From an uncultured bacterium (lineage in GTDB: Bacteria > Chloroflexota > UBA5177 > JANWHV01), in assembly GCA_963827235.1 (NCBI GenBank), contig CAWHAE010000010.1:480001-544000 (forward strand): a stretch of DNA of 64,000 nucleotides. The letters are read 5' to 3'. Every line of letters starts with the position of its first letter. Within the stretch, counting starts at the first letter, position 1. This document shows, in pieces, positions 19,606 through 29,399 of the stretch. The position numbers and the translations under genes were made by a program. The notes beneath the pieces are model-generated. The model searched no databases. It had not been told where the DNA came from and saw only the letters and a program-made list of their open reading frames with translations.

Positions 19606-21519
19606 ATGACGGTTGAAGCGCACAAGGAGACCCTGGGTTTTCAGGCAGAGGTCGTTCAGCTGCTTGATCTCATGGTCCATTCGCTCTACAGCAACAAGGA
19701 GATCTTCCTGCGCGAGCTCATCTCTAACGCGTCCGACGCGGCAGATAAGCTGCGCTTCGAAGCCCTTTCGTCCGAAGGGCTTTACGAGGACGACCCGGAT
19801 CTGAAGATCGAGGTCGCGTACGACAAGGGCGAGCGAACGGTGACGGTCACGGATAACGGGATCGGCATGAGCCGGCAGGACGTGATCGAGAATATAGGCA
19901 CCATCGCCAAGTCGGGAACTCGCGAGTTCTTCAAAGCCCTGACCGGCGATCAGCAGAAGGATGCTCACCTGATCGGCCAGTTCGGCGTGGGCTTCTACTC
20001 CTCGTTCATCGTGGCCGATCGCGTGGTGCTGTACACACGCAAGGCGGGCCAGGATCCCTCCACCGGCGTACGCTGGGAGTCGAACGGCAACGGCGAGTAC
20101 ACGCTGGAAGACGTGGAGCGACCCGAGCGAGGCACCCAGGTTGTTCTTCGCCTGCGCGAAGAGGAAGATGAGTTGCTGAACGGCTACCGACTGAGAAGCA
20201 TCATCAGGAAGTTCTCCGACCACATCAATCTGCCCATCCTGATGAAGTCGGAGACCCCTCCCAAAGAGGGGGAAGAGCCCGCGCCGATCATGGAAACGGT
20301 CAACCGGGCGTCGGCGCTGTGGACGCGGGCGAAGAGCGAGATCTCCGAGGACGAGTACACGGAGTTCTACAAACACGTGGCGCACGAATTCGACGAGCCG
20401 CTCACGTACGTGCACAGCAAGATGGAGGGGAAGTACGAGTATATCTTGCTGCTCTACATCCCGGCCCATGCGCCATTCGACCTCTGGAATCGCGATAGCA
20501 GGCACGGCGTCAAGCTGTACGTGCGTCGCGTGTTCATCATGGACGATGCCGAGCAGCTTTTGCCCAACTACCTGCGATTCGTGCGCGGAATCGTCGACTC
20601 GAGCGATCTGCCGCTCAATATCTCTCGCGAGATCCTGCAGCAGAGTCGCGTTATCGACAGCATCAGATCCGGCGCGGTGAAGAAGACTCTCACTCTGCTC
20701 AAGGAGCTGGCCGCAGATAAGCCGGAGAAGTACGCGACCTTCTGGAAGGAGTTCGGTGCGGTCCTGAAGGAAGGTATTGCCGAGGATGCGGGGAACCGCG
20801 ACGAGATCGCGCGTCTGCTCCGCTTCTCCACGACCGCGACGTCGAGCGACGTGCAGGACGTTTCGCTGGAAACGTATCTCGGCCGCGTGAAGGAGGGCCA
20901 GGACAAGATCTACTTCATGATTGCCGACACCTTTGCCGCGGCCAAGAACAGCCCGCTGCTCGAGGTCTTCAAGAAGAAGGGCGTCGAGGTGTTGCTGCTC
21001 TCCGATCCGATCGACAATTGGGTGGTCGCTCACCTGCGCGAGTTTGACGGCAAGCAGCTGCAATCGGTCTCGCGCGGCGAGGTGGACCTCGGCAAGCTGG
21101 CGGATGCCGACGAACAGGCCGAGCATCAGAAAGCCGTGGACGAGAGCAAGAGCCTGGTCGAGCGCATCAAGGCCGCGCTTGGCGATCGCGTGCAGGATGT
21201 CCGCGCTACCACACGACTGACCACCTCGCCGGCATGCCTCGTGGTTGACGAGCACGGCCTCGACCCCTCGTTCGTGCGTTTGATGAAAGCGGCGGGCCAG
21301 CCTGTGCCTGCGATGCAGCCGATCCTGGAGGTCAATCCCCACCATCCGCTGGTGACCATGATGTCCGCGGAGGAGGAGCAGTCGCGATTCGGTAGCTGGG
21401 CAATGATGCTGTTTGACCAGGCCGTGCTCAGCGACGGCGGGCAGCTGGAAGATCCGGCGGCGTTCGTCGGGAGGCTGAACGATCTGCTCGTCGGGATGGG
21501 CGGAAAGCAGGAGGATTGA
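19606..21519 (+). CDS. htpG: Hsp90 chaperone HtpG
   Basis: FQAEV, YSNKEIFLRELISNASDA, IGQFGVGFYS, LPLNISREILQ, LEVNPHHPL. Confidence 0.97.
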   Translation: MTVEAHKETLGFQAEVVQLLDLMVHSLYSNKEIFLRELISNASDAADKLRFEALSSEGLYEDDPDLKIEVAYDKGERTVTVTDNGIGMSRQDVIENIGTIAKSGTREFFKALTGDQQKDAHLIGQFGVGFYSSFIVADRVVLYTRKAGQDPSTGVRWESNGNGEYTLEDVERPERGTQVVLRLREEEDELLNGYRLRSIIRKFSDHINLPILMKSETPPKEGEEPAPIMETVNRASALWTRAKSEISEDEYTEFYKHVAHEFDEPLTYVHSKMEGKYEYILLLYIPAHAPFDLWNRDSRHGVKLYVRRVFIMDDAEQLLPNYLRFVRGIVDSSDLPLNISREILQQSRVIDSIRSGAVKKTLTLLKELAADKPEKYATFWKEFGAVLKEGIAEDAGNRDEIARLLRFSTTATSSDVQDVSLETYLGRVKEGQDKIYFMIADTFAAAKNSPLLEVFKKKGVEVLLLSDPIDNWVVAHLREFDGKQLQSVSRGEVDLGKLADADEQAEHQKAVDESKSLVERIKAALGDRVQDVRATTRLTTSPACLVVDEHGLDPSFVRLMKAAGQPVPAMQPILEVNPHHPLVTMMSAEEEQSRFGSWAMMLFDQAVLSDGGQLEDPAAFVGRLNDLLVGMGGKQED

Positions 21520-22445
21520 TGGCTGCGAAAGTGCTGGTGACCGGCGGCGCCGGCTTCATTGGATCACACGTTGTCGACGGCCTGATCGGGGCCGGACACG
21601 AGGTTGTGGTAGTCGACTCGCTCTGGGAGCATGGCGGTGGCCGGCTCGAGAATCTCAACAAGTCCGCAGCTTTCCACAAGCTCGACATCCGTTCGCCTGA
21701 GTTCGGCGCCTTGGTGCGGTCCGAGCGTCCCGAGATCATCTCACATCACGCGGCGCAACACAGCGTCAAGATCTCCACCGATCTGCCGGCCTACGACGCC
21801 GACGTTAACGTCCTGGGCCTGCTGAATCTGCTCGACGCAGCCAAGGATGCCGGCACGCGGAAGGTGATATTTGCCTCCTCGGGAGCGACGTACGGCACCT
21901 GCACGGAGCTGCCGATCAACGAGGAGACGCCGCAACGGCCCGAGTCACCGTACGGCATCACCAAGATGGTGTCCGAGCACTATCTGCGTTTCTGGCACCG
22001 CGAGTACGGCCTGGAGTACACACTGCTGCGCTACGGAAACGTGTATGGGCCCAGGCAGGACCCCAACGGAGAGGCCGGCGTGATCGCGATATTCGCCAAG
22101 CATATCCTGCGCCACGAGGCTGTGCGCATCGACTGGGACGGTGAACAGACCAAGGACTACGTCTACGTGGGCGACGTGGCACGCGCCACGCTGATCTCTC
22201 TGGCGCAGGCCAACGGAGAAGCCTTTTGTATCGCCAGCGGGCAGGCGACCTCCGTCAACGCCATTCATCGCGGCCTCTGCGACTTGACCGGATTCGAGGC
22301 GCCGATCGTGCATGCTTCACGCCGCCCGGGTGACATTCACGATACCTACTTCGACGTGTCCAAGGCGGCCCGGGTGCTCGGTTGGCGTCCGGAGGTGGAT
22401 TTCACCGAGGGGTTGCGCCGGACACTGGCCTCGTTCGATCAGTAG
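21519..22445 (+). CDS. NAD-dependent epimerase/dehydratase (UDP-glucose 4-epimerase-like)
   Basis: VTGGAGFIGSH, PYGITK (YxxxK), RYGNVYGPRQDP.GEAGV; the ATG overlaps the htpG stop. Confidence 0.92.
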   Translation: MAAKVLVTGGAGFIGSHVVDGLIGAGHEVVVVDSLWEHGGGRLENLNKSAAFHKLDIRSPEFGALVRSERPEIISHHAAQHSVKISTDLPAYDADVNVLGLLNLLDAAKDAGTRKVIFASSGATYGTCTELPINEETPQRPESPYGITKMVSEHYLRFWHREYGLEYTLLRYGNVYGPRQDPNGEAGVIAIFAKHILRHEAVRIDWDGEQTKDYVYVGDVARATLISLAQANGEAFCIASGQATSVNAIHRGLCDLTGFEAPIVHASRRPGDIHDTYFDVSKAARVLGWRPEVDFTEGLRRTLASFDQ

Positions 22446-22539
22446 AAGGCCCGAGGGTTCTCGACGGCCCCGTGGCGGCGGGTCGCGTCACGGAGAATCG
22501 GCCGGCGGGCCTCGATCGCCAGTGGGAGTGGTGCCGGCC

Positions 22540-23649
22540 ATGCATGTCGAACGGGTTCTGGTACTCAACCCGGGCTCGAGCAGCCTGAAATGGTCCCTGC
22601 TCTCGGCCCGTGCCGAGGAGGTGCTGGCCGGCGCCGACATCCCTTACAACACGGCCGCCGGCGACAACCGGGGAGCGTTGGTGCGCCGAGCGCTGGAACA
22701 GGCAGGCGACGTGGCGGCAGTCGGCTTCCGGGTCGTGCATGGGGGTACGCTCTTTCGGGAGACCGTGCGTGTCGACCCGGCCATGCTCAACCGCCTGTCC
22801 ACACTCAACGAGCTGGCGCCGCTGCACAATCCGGTGGCCGTGGAGTGCATGACCGAGGCGCTACAGGCGCTGCCAAATGCCCTGCACTGTGCCGCTTTCG
22901 ACACCGCATTTCACCGCACCATTCCCGACAAGGCCGCGACATACGCTCTACCCCATGAGTGGACTGATCGTTGGGGTATACGACGGTTCGGCTTCCACGG
23001 CCTGAGCGTGGCGTACGCTGTACAGCAGGTCGCTCGCCTGCTGGGCTATACGCCGGCCCGGCACGTGGTGTGCCACCTGGGCGCCGGCTGCTCGATCACC
23101 GCCGTGCTCGACGGCCGGTCTATCGACACGACCATGGGCTTCACGCCGCTGGACGGCGTGATGATGGCCACCCGTTCCGGTGCCGTGGACCCGGGCATGA
23201 TGCTGTACCTTGTGCGCCACGGCACCGACGTGGACGCCTTCTACGATACACTGGAGCACCGATCGGGTTTGTTCGGCGTCTCAGGCGTGTCCGGCGACGT
23301 TCGAGACGTGATCGCGCAGGCAGGTTCCGGCAATGAGCCGGCTCGTCTCGCCTACGACATGTTCCTGTACAGTGTGTCGCGCGCGGTGGGCTCGATGGCG
23401 GCGAGCTTGGGAGGGATCGACGTGCTCACCTTTACAGGCGGCGTCGGCGAACACCAGCCCCCGCTGCGCACACACGTGGCCGGTACTCTCCGCTACCTGC
23501 GACTCGCTCTCGACGAAGATGTGAACCAGTGCGGCGAGCTCGACCGCGACTACTCCGCGAGCGGCTCACCGGTGCGCATCATGGTGATCAGAGCGCGCGA
23601 GGATCTGAGCATTCTCCGCGAGGTGCTCGCGGTAGCGACACGAAGCTAG
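22540..23649 (+). CDS. ackA: Acetate/propionate kinase
   Basis: VLNPGSSSLK, RVVHGG, LAPLHNP, FDTAFH, RRFGFHGLS, TTMGFTPLDG, FTGGVGE. Confidence 0.93.
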   Translation: MHVERVLVLNPGSSSLKWSLLSARAEEVLAGADIPYNTAAGDNRGALVRRALEQAGDVAAVGFRVVHGGTLFRETVRVDPAMLNRLSTLNELAPLHNPVAVECMTEALQALPNALHCAAFDTAFHRTIPDKAATYALPHEWTDRWGIRRFGFHGLSVAYAVQQVARLLGYTPARHVVCHLGAGCSITAVLDGRSIDTTMGFTPLDGVMMATRSGAVDPGMMLYLVRHGTDVDAFYDTLEHRSGLFGVSGVSGDVRDVIAQAGSGNEPARLAYDMFLYSVSRAVGSMAASLGGIDVLTFTGGVGEHQPPLRTHVAGTLRYLRLALDEDVNQCGELDRDYSASGSPVRIMVIRAREDLSILREVLAVATRS

Positions 23650-23755
23650 CCGATCGGCAAGGAGACGGTGACTTCGCGAGGCCCGGATCGCGTCCTGCAA
23701 AGAGGTCCCGGACAGTCAGGGGCACGAAGCAGTCGGCCGCCACGCCGATGACCTT

Positions 23756-24625
23756 CTAATGGTCCGAGGTAGGTTGCCCGGATACGATGGCGATCAGAGG
23801 GTCGAGCGGGAAGGGCGGCGGCTCCGGCAGAGGCGGGCGCTGGTATGGCGGATACTCGAGGTCGTAGTTGGCAGCGAGAGAATTCGCCAGAGCCACGCTG
23901 GCACTGAGGGGAGCGTCCTGGGCGGCGGGCCGGTGGTGATCGGCAATGGCAGAGGCGAGGTCGTCCGGCAGCGACCACAATTCGGCGATGCGTTGGCCAA
24001 CCGCGGCGTGGGTAGTGCCGAAGCAGGCCTCCTCAGCCTGGAGCACGTCGTCGCACTGCAGGAGCGTCACGATCTCATTGAGCGGCCTGAGCACATTGCC
24101 CTGGCGGCCGGCCAGCGAGTTGAGCACGAGCTTGCCGATGTCGTGCAGCAGCCCGGCGCTGTAGGCCTGGCCGATAGCGGGATAGCGGAACTCGCGGGCG
24201 ATCACGGACGTAAGCGTCGCCACCGTCTCGCTGTGGTGGACGAAAGAATTTCTGCGAAGGTCGTACAACACCAGCGCGCTCTGCTGTCCACGTGTGATAC
24301 CCCAGCTCAGGGCGAGCAGTCTCGCCTGGTCGGTGCCGACGATGCGAATAGCCTCGCCCACGTTGCCGATCTGGCGGTTCATACCGTAGGCAGCCGAATT
24401 GGCAATTCGAAGCAGGTGCGCCGTCAGCCCCGTATCGTGGCTAGCGGCAACTGTCATCTCTCTGAGCGACGCGCGTGGGTTATCGATGGCGGCCAGAAAC
24501 GCGAACACGGTGGCGGGCATGGGCAGCAGAGCCTGCAAGGTGTCGGCGGTCAGCACGACATCCATGGGCTGTTGCGGCGACGGTGTGCTGCCGGGCCAGG
24601 GCCGCGTCATCGTCCCGTCTCGCAT
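23756..24625 (-). CDS. Stand-alone HDOD-domain signalling protein
   Basis: LLPMP, LLRIANSAAYG, AGLLHDIGKLVL, HAAVG..IAELWSLP..AIADHH. Confidence 0.88.
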   Translation of the reverse strand: MRDGTMTRPWPGSTPSPQQPMDVVLTADTLQALLPMPATVFAFLAAIDNPRASLREMTVAASHDTGLTAHLLRIANSAAYGMNRQIGNVGEAIRIVGTDQARLLALSWGITRGQQSALVLYDLRRNSFVHHSETVATLTSVIAREFRYPAIGQAYSAGLLHDIGKLVLNSLAGRQGNVLRPLNEIVTLLQCDDVLQAEEACFGTTHAAVGQRIAELWSLPDDLASAIADHHRPAAQDAPLSASVALANSLAANYDLEYPPYQRPPLPEPPPFPLDPLIAIVSGQPTSDH

Positions 24626-24841
24626 GCCGAGACTCTGCCGTGGCGCCGGCAGCAGCGAGCGAAAACCCTCATGCCGGCGAGTCCGCTGCTATTCCAACTG
24701 GTCGCTGTCGCATCGCATATCCTCCCGTGTACCGGATTCTCCACCACTATACCAGTGTCGCGCCCCGGTTGGAGGTGCCGAAGAGGCCGGCTTCGGGGAT
24801 TGCGCGAAGCTGCGCATCGACCGGAGCCAGCCGGCACATGC

Positions 24842-25807
24842 CTAGCCAGTTTCGCCCGCCCTGACGGCCATTACTACCAAACAGAACGGAAGGTCGCCGC
24901 ACGCGCGGATGAAGTCCTCGGACGTATAGCCGGCCGGGGCGTCGCGCACCAGCCCATCGAGCACTCGCGTGACCACGCAGCCTGCTGCTTCCACATTTCG
25001 TAGATAGTCGTCACGCCGGTGCCGGCTGGTCGGCAGCCTGTACACGACATCTGGGCGCACTACTTCCGTCTGCCAGCCCATGGATGTCACCTGCGGATGG
25101 AAATCGGTAATCAGAAGGTGACCACCAGGACGTACCGCACGGGCACACTCGGCGATCGCCGCGCTCAGGTTGAGAACGTGGCAGAGCATGAGCGCGCAGA
25201 TGACCAGGTCGAACGAGCCCGATGGCACAGGCAAACCGGTTTCAACAACACCTTGGTGGAAAGCGATTTGAAGCTGCTCACGCGCGGCCGACCTGCGCGC
25301 GGACTCCAGCATCTCAGCCGACTGGTCGAATGCGGTGACGTTAGCGCTCCGGCGAGCCCACCGCAGCGCGTGCCGGCCGGTGCCGGTTCCGACGTCCAGC
25401 ACCGTCGCCGGCCGCAACTCCGCTTCGAGCGCAGGTAGCAGCGACTCCTCGAGAGCAATCAGAGGATTCCGCTCTCGATCGTACCTATCTGCCCACAGCG
25501 CGTATCCCTCGCGCACGCCAATCTGGACACCGTAGATGAATTCGCTGTCCATCTGCACGGCAGTGACAGCCTGGTCCACTGCGGTCGCCACGCGCAGAAG
25601 AGTGCCGTCTGGGAGGCGATAGCGCGAGATGACACCGTGCCCGCAGGTTGCACCGAACTCGTTCGCCCGCCGCTGCACCTCATCCACCTCGCCCCAATCG
25701 CCGCTCTGGTGGCGTGCCAGGAAGGCAGCCGCCGCCTCGTCGACCTGGGACAGAGCGGCAGCTGCTTGCTGCGAGACCGTGACCTCGCCAAGGGCAAAGG
25801 AATGCAT
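24842..25807 (-). CDS. Class I SAM-dependent methyltransferase with an extra N-terminal domain
   Basis: GYALWADRYD..NPLIALEE, VLDVGTGTGR, FDLVICAL, RPGGHLLITDFHP; the first ~90 aa carry FALG..LARHQSGDWG. Confidence 0.85.
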   Translation of the reverse strand: MHSFALGEVTVSQQAAAALSQVDEAAAAFLARHQSGDWGEVDEVQRRANEFGATCGHGVISRYRLPDGTLLRVATAVDQAVTAVQMDSEFIYGVQIGVREGYALWADRYDRERNPLIALEESLLPALEAELRPATVLDVGTGTGRHALRWARRSANVTAFDQSAEMLESARRSAAREQLQIAFHQGVVETGLPVPSGSFDLVICALMLCHVLNLSAAIAECARAVRPGGHLLITDFHPQVTSMGWQTEVVRPDVVYRLPTSRHRRDDYLRNVEAAGCVVTRVLDGLVRDAPAGYTSEDFIRACGDLPFCLVVMAVRAGETG

Positions 25808-26126
25808 ACTCTCCGCTCCGCTCCATACTACGACGTCCTGTGGGTGCCATCGGCGCCGCGCACACCGCTCTCAGATTAGGTCAGACCAATCCGGCGAGTC
25901 AACCGACTGCACAGCCGACGACCTCCCCGTGCCGCACCGTGTTGTCGGACAGTGACGGTATCCCTGAGAGCAAGTCGCGGTTCTCCATATGCCATACGCG
26001 TGGCACACTGGGGAAGGACGCGGGAATCCGACCGCGCGCGGTGCCAGACCGCGGATCAGTCCCGTACGCTCCCGTCACCTAAGCTCGACCCGACGAGAGC
26101 GGCCATCTGAATCGGAGAATCATTCC

Positions 26127-26981
26127 ATGTCCATGCCGGAGCCCAGTCCTGCCAGGTCGGCGTTTGCTGTCTCGCACATTGCCGGGTCGTATCCGGCCGA
26201 GCGCACGCGAACGGCGCTTCTCAAGGTGCCTGAGATCACGCTCTACTTCTGGATCGTAAAGGTGTTGACTACCGCGATGGGTGAGTCGACCTCGGACTAT
26301 CTGGTCTATCACATGAATCCATATCTGGCAGTGATGCTCGGGGCAGTAGGTCTGGCAGCCGCGCTGGGGCTGCAACTTCTGGCACCCCGTTACGTTGCCT
26401 GGATCTACTGGCTGGCCGTGCTCATGGTAGCGGTCTTCGGCACGATGGCTGCAGATGCCATGCACATCCAGCTAGGTGTCCCCTACGTCGCCTCGACCGC
26501 GCTCTTTGCCATCGCGCTCGTCGTCGTGTTTGCGGCCTGGCACGCGCACGAGCACGCCCTGTCGATCCATAGCATCACCACGCCAACGCGCGAGCTCTTC
26601 TACTGGCTCACGGTCATGACGACCTTCGCGCTGGGCACGGCAACGGGAGACCTGACCGCAATCACCGCCGGCCTGGGATTCTTGGCCTCCGGCGTGCTCT
26701 TTGCCGCCGCGATGGTCGTACCGGCGGTAGCCTATGGGCGGGGCTGGATGAACGCCGTCGCAGCGTTCTGGTTCGCCTACATTCTGACGCGCCCGCTTGG
26801 GGCCTCGATCGCCGACTGGCTGGGCAAAGCGCGCAGCGTGCGCGGCCTGGGCCTCGGCGATGGCCCGGTTAGCCTGGCCTTCGCCTTGCTCATGGTCGGC
26901 TTCGTGGGCTACCTGTCCGTCACCCGGGTAGATGTCAGGGCTGATGCCGAGCCCAGTGATACCAGCGCAGCTTACGGCTGA
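26127..26981 (+). CDS. Conserved membrane protein (COG4705/DUF347 repeats)
   Basis: KVPEITLYFWIVKVLTTAMGE, FGTMAAD, TFALGTATGD, AFWFAYILTRPLGAS. Confidence 0.88.
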   Translation: MSMPEPSPARSAFAVSHIAGSYPAERTRTALLKVPEITLYFWIVKVLTTAMGESTSDYLVYHMNPYLAVMLGAVGLAAALGLQLLAPRYVAWIYWLAVLMVAVFGTMAADAMHIQLGVPYVASTALFAIALVVVFAAWHAHEHALSIHSITTPTRELFYWLTVMTTFALGTATGDLTAITAGLGFLASGVLFAAAMVVPAVAYGRGWMNAVAAFWFAYILTRPLGASIADWLGKARSVRGLGLGDGPVSLAFALLMVGFVGYLSVTRVDVRADAEPSDTSAAYG

Positions 26982-27298
26982 GTTCCTTTTGGCCGGTCGC
27001 GGGCATTTCGGTCAGCCGGCGTCGCCGATCGCCTGGCCGTGAGGCCGCATGCGGCGGTCCGTCGACGATGCAGAGGGGCGGCCCGGCGGTCCAGCGGAGG
27101 ATCGGTGGCAGCGGTGACTATCGGTCCGCCGCGTCCGGACCCTTCGCCACTATCGCAGAGAGGGTCGAGATCGTACGATGAAGGCAGATCGCCGGAACTG
27201 AGCACGTTACCGGTACGGTTCCGGCAAAGTGGGCATCGGAGCAGCACGCCACGAGCGCTAGATCGGCCGCCTCAGACGCTTCGCCGGAGCCATCTGCT

Positions 27299-28261
27299 AC
27301 GTCGTCTCACCAGAGCTGGGAGCGCCCGCTGCTTTCTCTGGCGAGACATGACGGGCTCCCGGCGTCCCCGGAGTCGGACCGTCCGGTCGTAGACGAGGCA
27401 TCGCTCGAGCGCGCCTACGTCTACTGCGCGGCGCTCACAGCATGCCACAGCCGGTCGTTTGACCTGGCGATGCACCTGCTGCCCCCGGAGAAGAGGCGCG
27501 CCATGCGCGCCCTCTACGCATTCTGCCGCGTGACCGACGATATCGTCGATGCTCAGGGTACCGGAAAGGCTTCCGGGCTGGCGAGTTGGCGCGAGGCGAC
27601 GATCCAGGCCGCGCCGCCATCCGGCGACCCGGTAGCCCTCGCCTGGGCCGATGCACGAGCGCAGTTCCGCATTCCGCGGCGGTATGCCGAGCAGCTCATC
27701 GACGGCGTGGCACGCGATCTGCGGCAGCAGCGCTACGCCACGTTCTCGGAGCTGGCCGCCTATGCCTACGGCGTGGCCTCGACCGTGGGTTTGATGACCA
27801 TGTACGTCATCGGATTTAGGGGCCCGCAGGCTATTCCCTGCATGATCAAGCTGGGAATCGCACTGCAAGTGACGAATATACTGCGGGACGTCGGCGCGGA
27901 TCTGCTGGCCGATCGCGTGTACCTACCTGCGGAGGAGCTGGAGGCCTACGGCCTGGCCGAGGCGGACCTGCGCCGCGGTCGAGTGAACGATCGCTGGCGC
28001 GCATTCATGCGCTTTCAGATAGCGCGCAATCGCCGGCTCTATCTCGAGGCGTGGCCTGGGATTGCGCTGCTGGCGGCCGACGGACGCTTCGCCGTGGCCG
28101 CGGGCGCAGACTTCTACCGTCGCATATTGCACGACATCGAGCGGCACGATTACGATGTCTTCAGTCGCCGCGCGCACGTGAGCACGTGGGGCAAACTGCG
28201 CCGCCTGCCAGGCATCTGGTTGAACGTGCCACGTTCGCGGAATCTCTATGCCACGTTATGA
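27299..28261 (+). CDS. crtB: Phytoene synthase (start apparently non-canonical, see findings)
   Basis: LYAFCRVTDDIVD, VASTVGL, LGIALQVTNILRDVGAD, RVYLP; the conserved N-terminal AY.YC...T..HSRSF lies in frame upstream of ATG 27470. Confidence 0.9.
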   Translation, partial: TSSHQSWERPLLSLARHDGLPASPESDRPVVDEASLERAYVYCAALTACHSRSFDLAMHLLPPEKRRAMRALYAFCRVTDDIVDAQGTGKASGLASWREATIQAAPPSGDPVALAWADARAQFRIPRRYAEQLIDGVARDLRQQRYATFSELAAYAYGVASTVGLMTMYVIGFRGPQAIPCMIKLGIALQVTNILRDVGADLLADRVYLPAEELEAYGLAEADLRRGRVNDRWRAFMRFQIARNRRLYLEAWPGIALLAADGRFAVAAGADFYRRILHDIERHDYDVFSRRAHVSTWGKLRRLPGIWLNVPRSRNLYATL

Positions 28262-29387
28262 CTTCATCGTCGCGGGTGGGGGAGCGGCGGGGCTGAGCCT
28301 CGCCTACCACCTCTCGCAGAGCCCACTGGGCCGTCGTTCAATCCTGGTTGTCGACAGAGACGGCACGGAGCGCAGCGATCGCACCTGGTGCTACTGGACG
28401 GACCGGTCTCTTCCGTTCGACAGTCTGGTCTACAGGCGCTGGAGCCGGCTGCGTGTGGTGAGTGAGCGCTGCGAAGACGTGCTGGATCCCGGGCCCTATC
28501 GCTACGAGATGATCCGCGGAGTCGACCTCTACCGCTTCGTGTTGCACGAGCTGGAAGCGTGCATGCAGGTGGAAGTGGTACAGGGCTCGGTAGACCGGAT
28601 CGACGACGGGCGGACGGAAGCCGGCGTGTGGGTGGACGGCCGCAACTATGCGGCCAGGTGGGTCTTCGACAGCAGGCCCGCACCGATCGCGTCCACGAGC
28701 GGCGGGCAACCGGCTCGCCGGCTCTGGCAGCACTTCACCGGGTGGAACGTCTCCGTGGATCGGCCGAGCTTCACGCCCCGAGTGGCCACGCTGATGGACT
28801 TCCGTACCGCTCAGGCCGGCGGACTTCGCTTCTTCTACGTGCTTCCGTCCAGCGAGTATGAGGCCATCGTGGAATACGTGACCTGCACGGACGGCGACTG
28901 CTTCCGGGAGGAGCACGAGCACGCCCTGAAGGACTACCTCGGGAAGCGCGCCGGTTCCGCCTCGTACAAGACCGAGCGACGCGAAGGCGGTACCACGCTG
29001 CTGACCGACCGGGCGTTTCCCAGGCGGCTCGGCAACTGCGTGATGGCAATCGGCGCACCTGGCGGGCGGATCAAGCCGACCACGGGCTACGCGTTCACTC
29101 GTATCCAGCGAGACTCGGCCGCGATCGTGGAGTCCCTGCAGCGTGCGGGACATCCGTTCGATGTGCCGCCGGACTCATGGCGCTATCGCCGCTACGATGC
29201 CGCGCTGTTCGACGTCATGCTCGCACACGATGAAAGGATCAAACCGATCCTTGTGCGGCTGTTTCACCGGAATTCCCTCGAGCGTATCTTCCGCTTTCTG
29301 GACGAGCAGGCGTTGCCGTGGGACGACCTGCGCATCGCGGCGTCTTTGCCGCCGGAAGTATCGCTCCGGGCCGTGTTCCGGCGCTGA
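28248..29387 (+). CDS. crtY: Lycopene cyclase family protein
   Basis: YDFIVAGGGAAGLSLA, DRTWCYW, LMDFR, FFYVLP, IKPTTGYAF. Confidence 0.85.
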   Translation: MPRYDFIVAGGGAAGLSLAYHLSQSPLGRRSILVVDRDGTERSDRTWCYWTDRSLPFDSLVYRRWSRLRVVSERCEDVLDPGPYRYEMIRGVDLYRFVLHELEACMQVEVVQGSVDRIDDGRTEAGVWVDGRNYAARWVFDSRPAPIASTSGGQPARRLWQHFTGWNVSVDRPSFTPRVATLMDFRTAQAGGLRFFYVLPSSEYEAIVEYVTCTDGDCFREEHEHALKDYLGKRAGSASYKTERREGGTTLLTDRAFPRRLGNCVMAIGAPGGRIKPTTGYAFTRIQRDSAAIVESLQRAGHPFDVPPDSWRYRRYDAALFDVMLAHDERIKPILVRLFHRNSLERIFRFLDEQALPWDDLRIAASLPPEVSLRAVFRR

Positions 29388-29399
29388 GGAGAGTGACCC

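Noticed and set aside
19009-21345. 778-aa ORF antisense to htpG, and similar long antisense ORFs (6556-8478, 23759-25003, 29715-30962)
   Set aside because: These are shadow ORFs produced by high-GC codon bias opposite well-supported genes.
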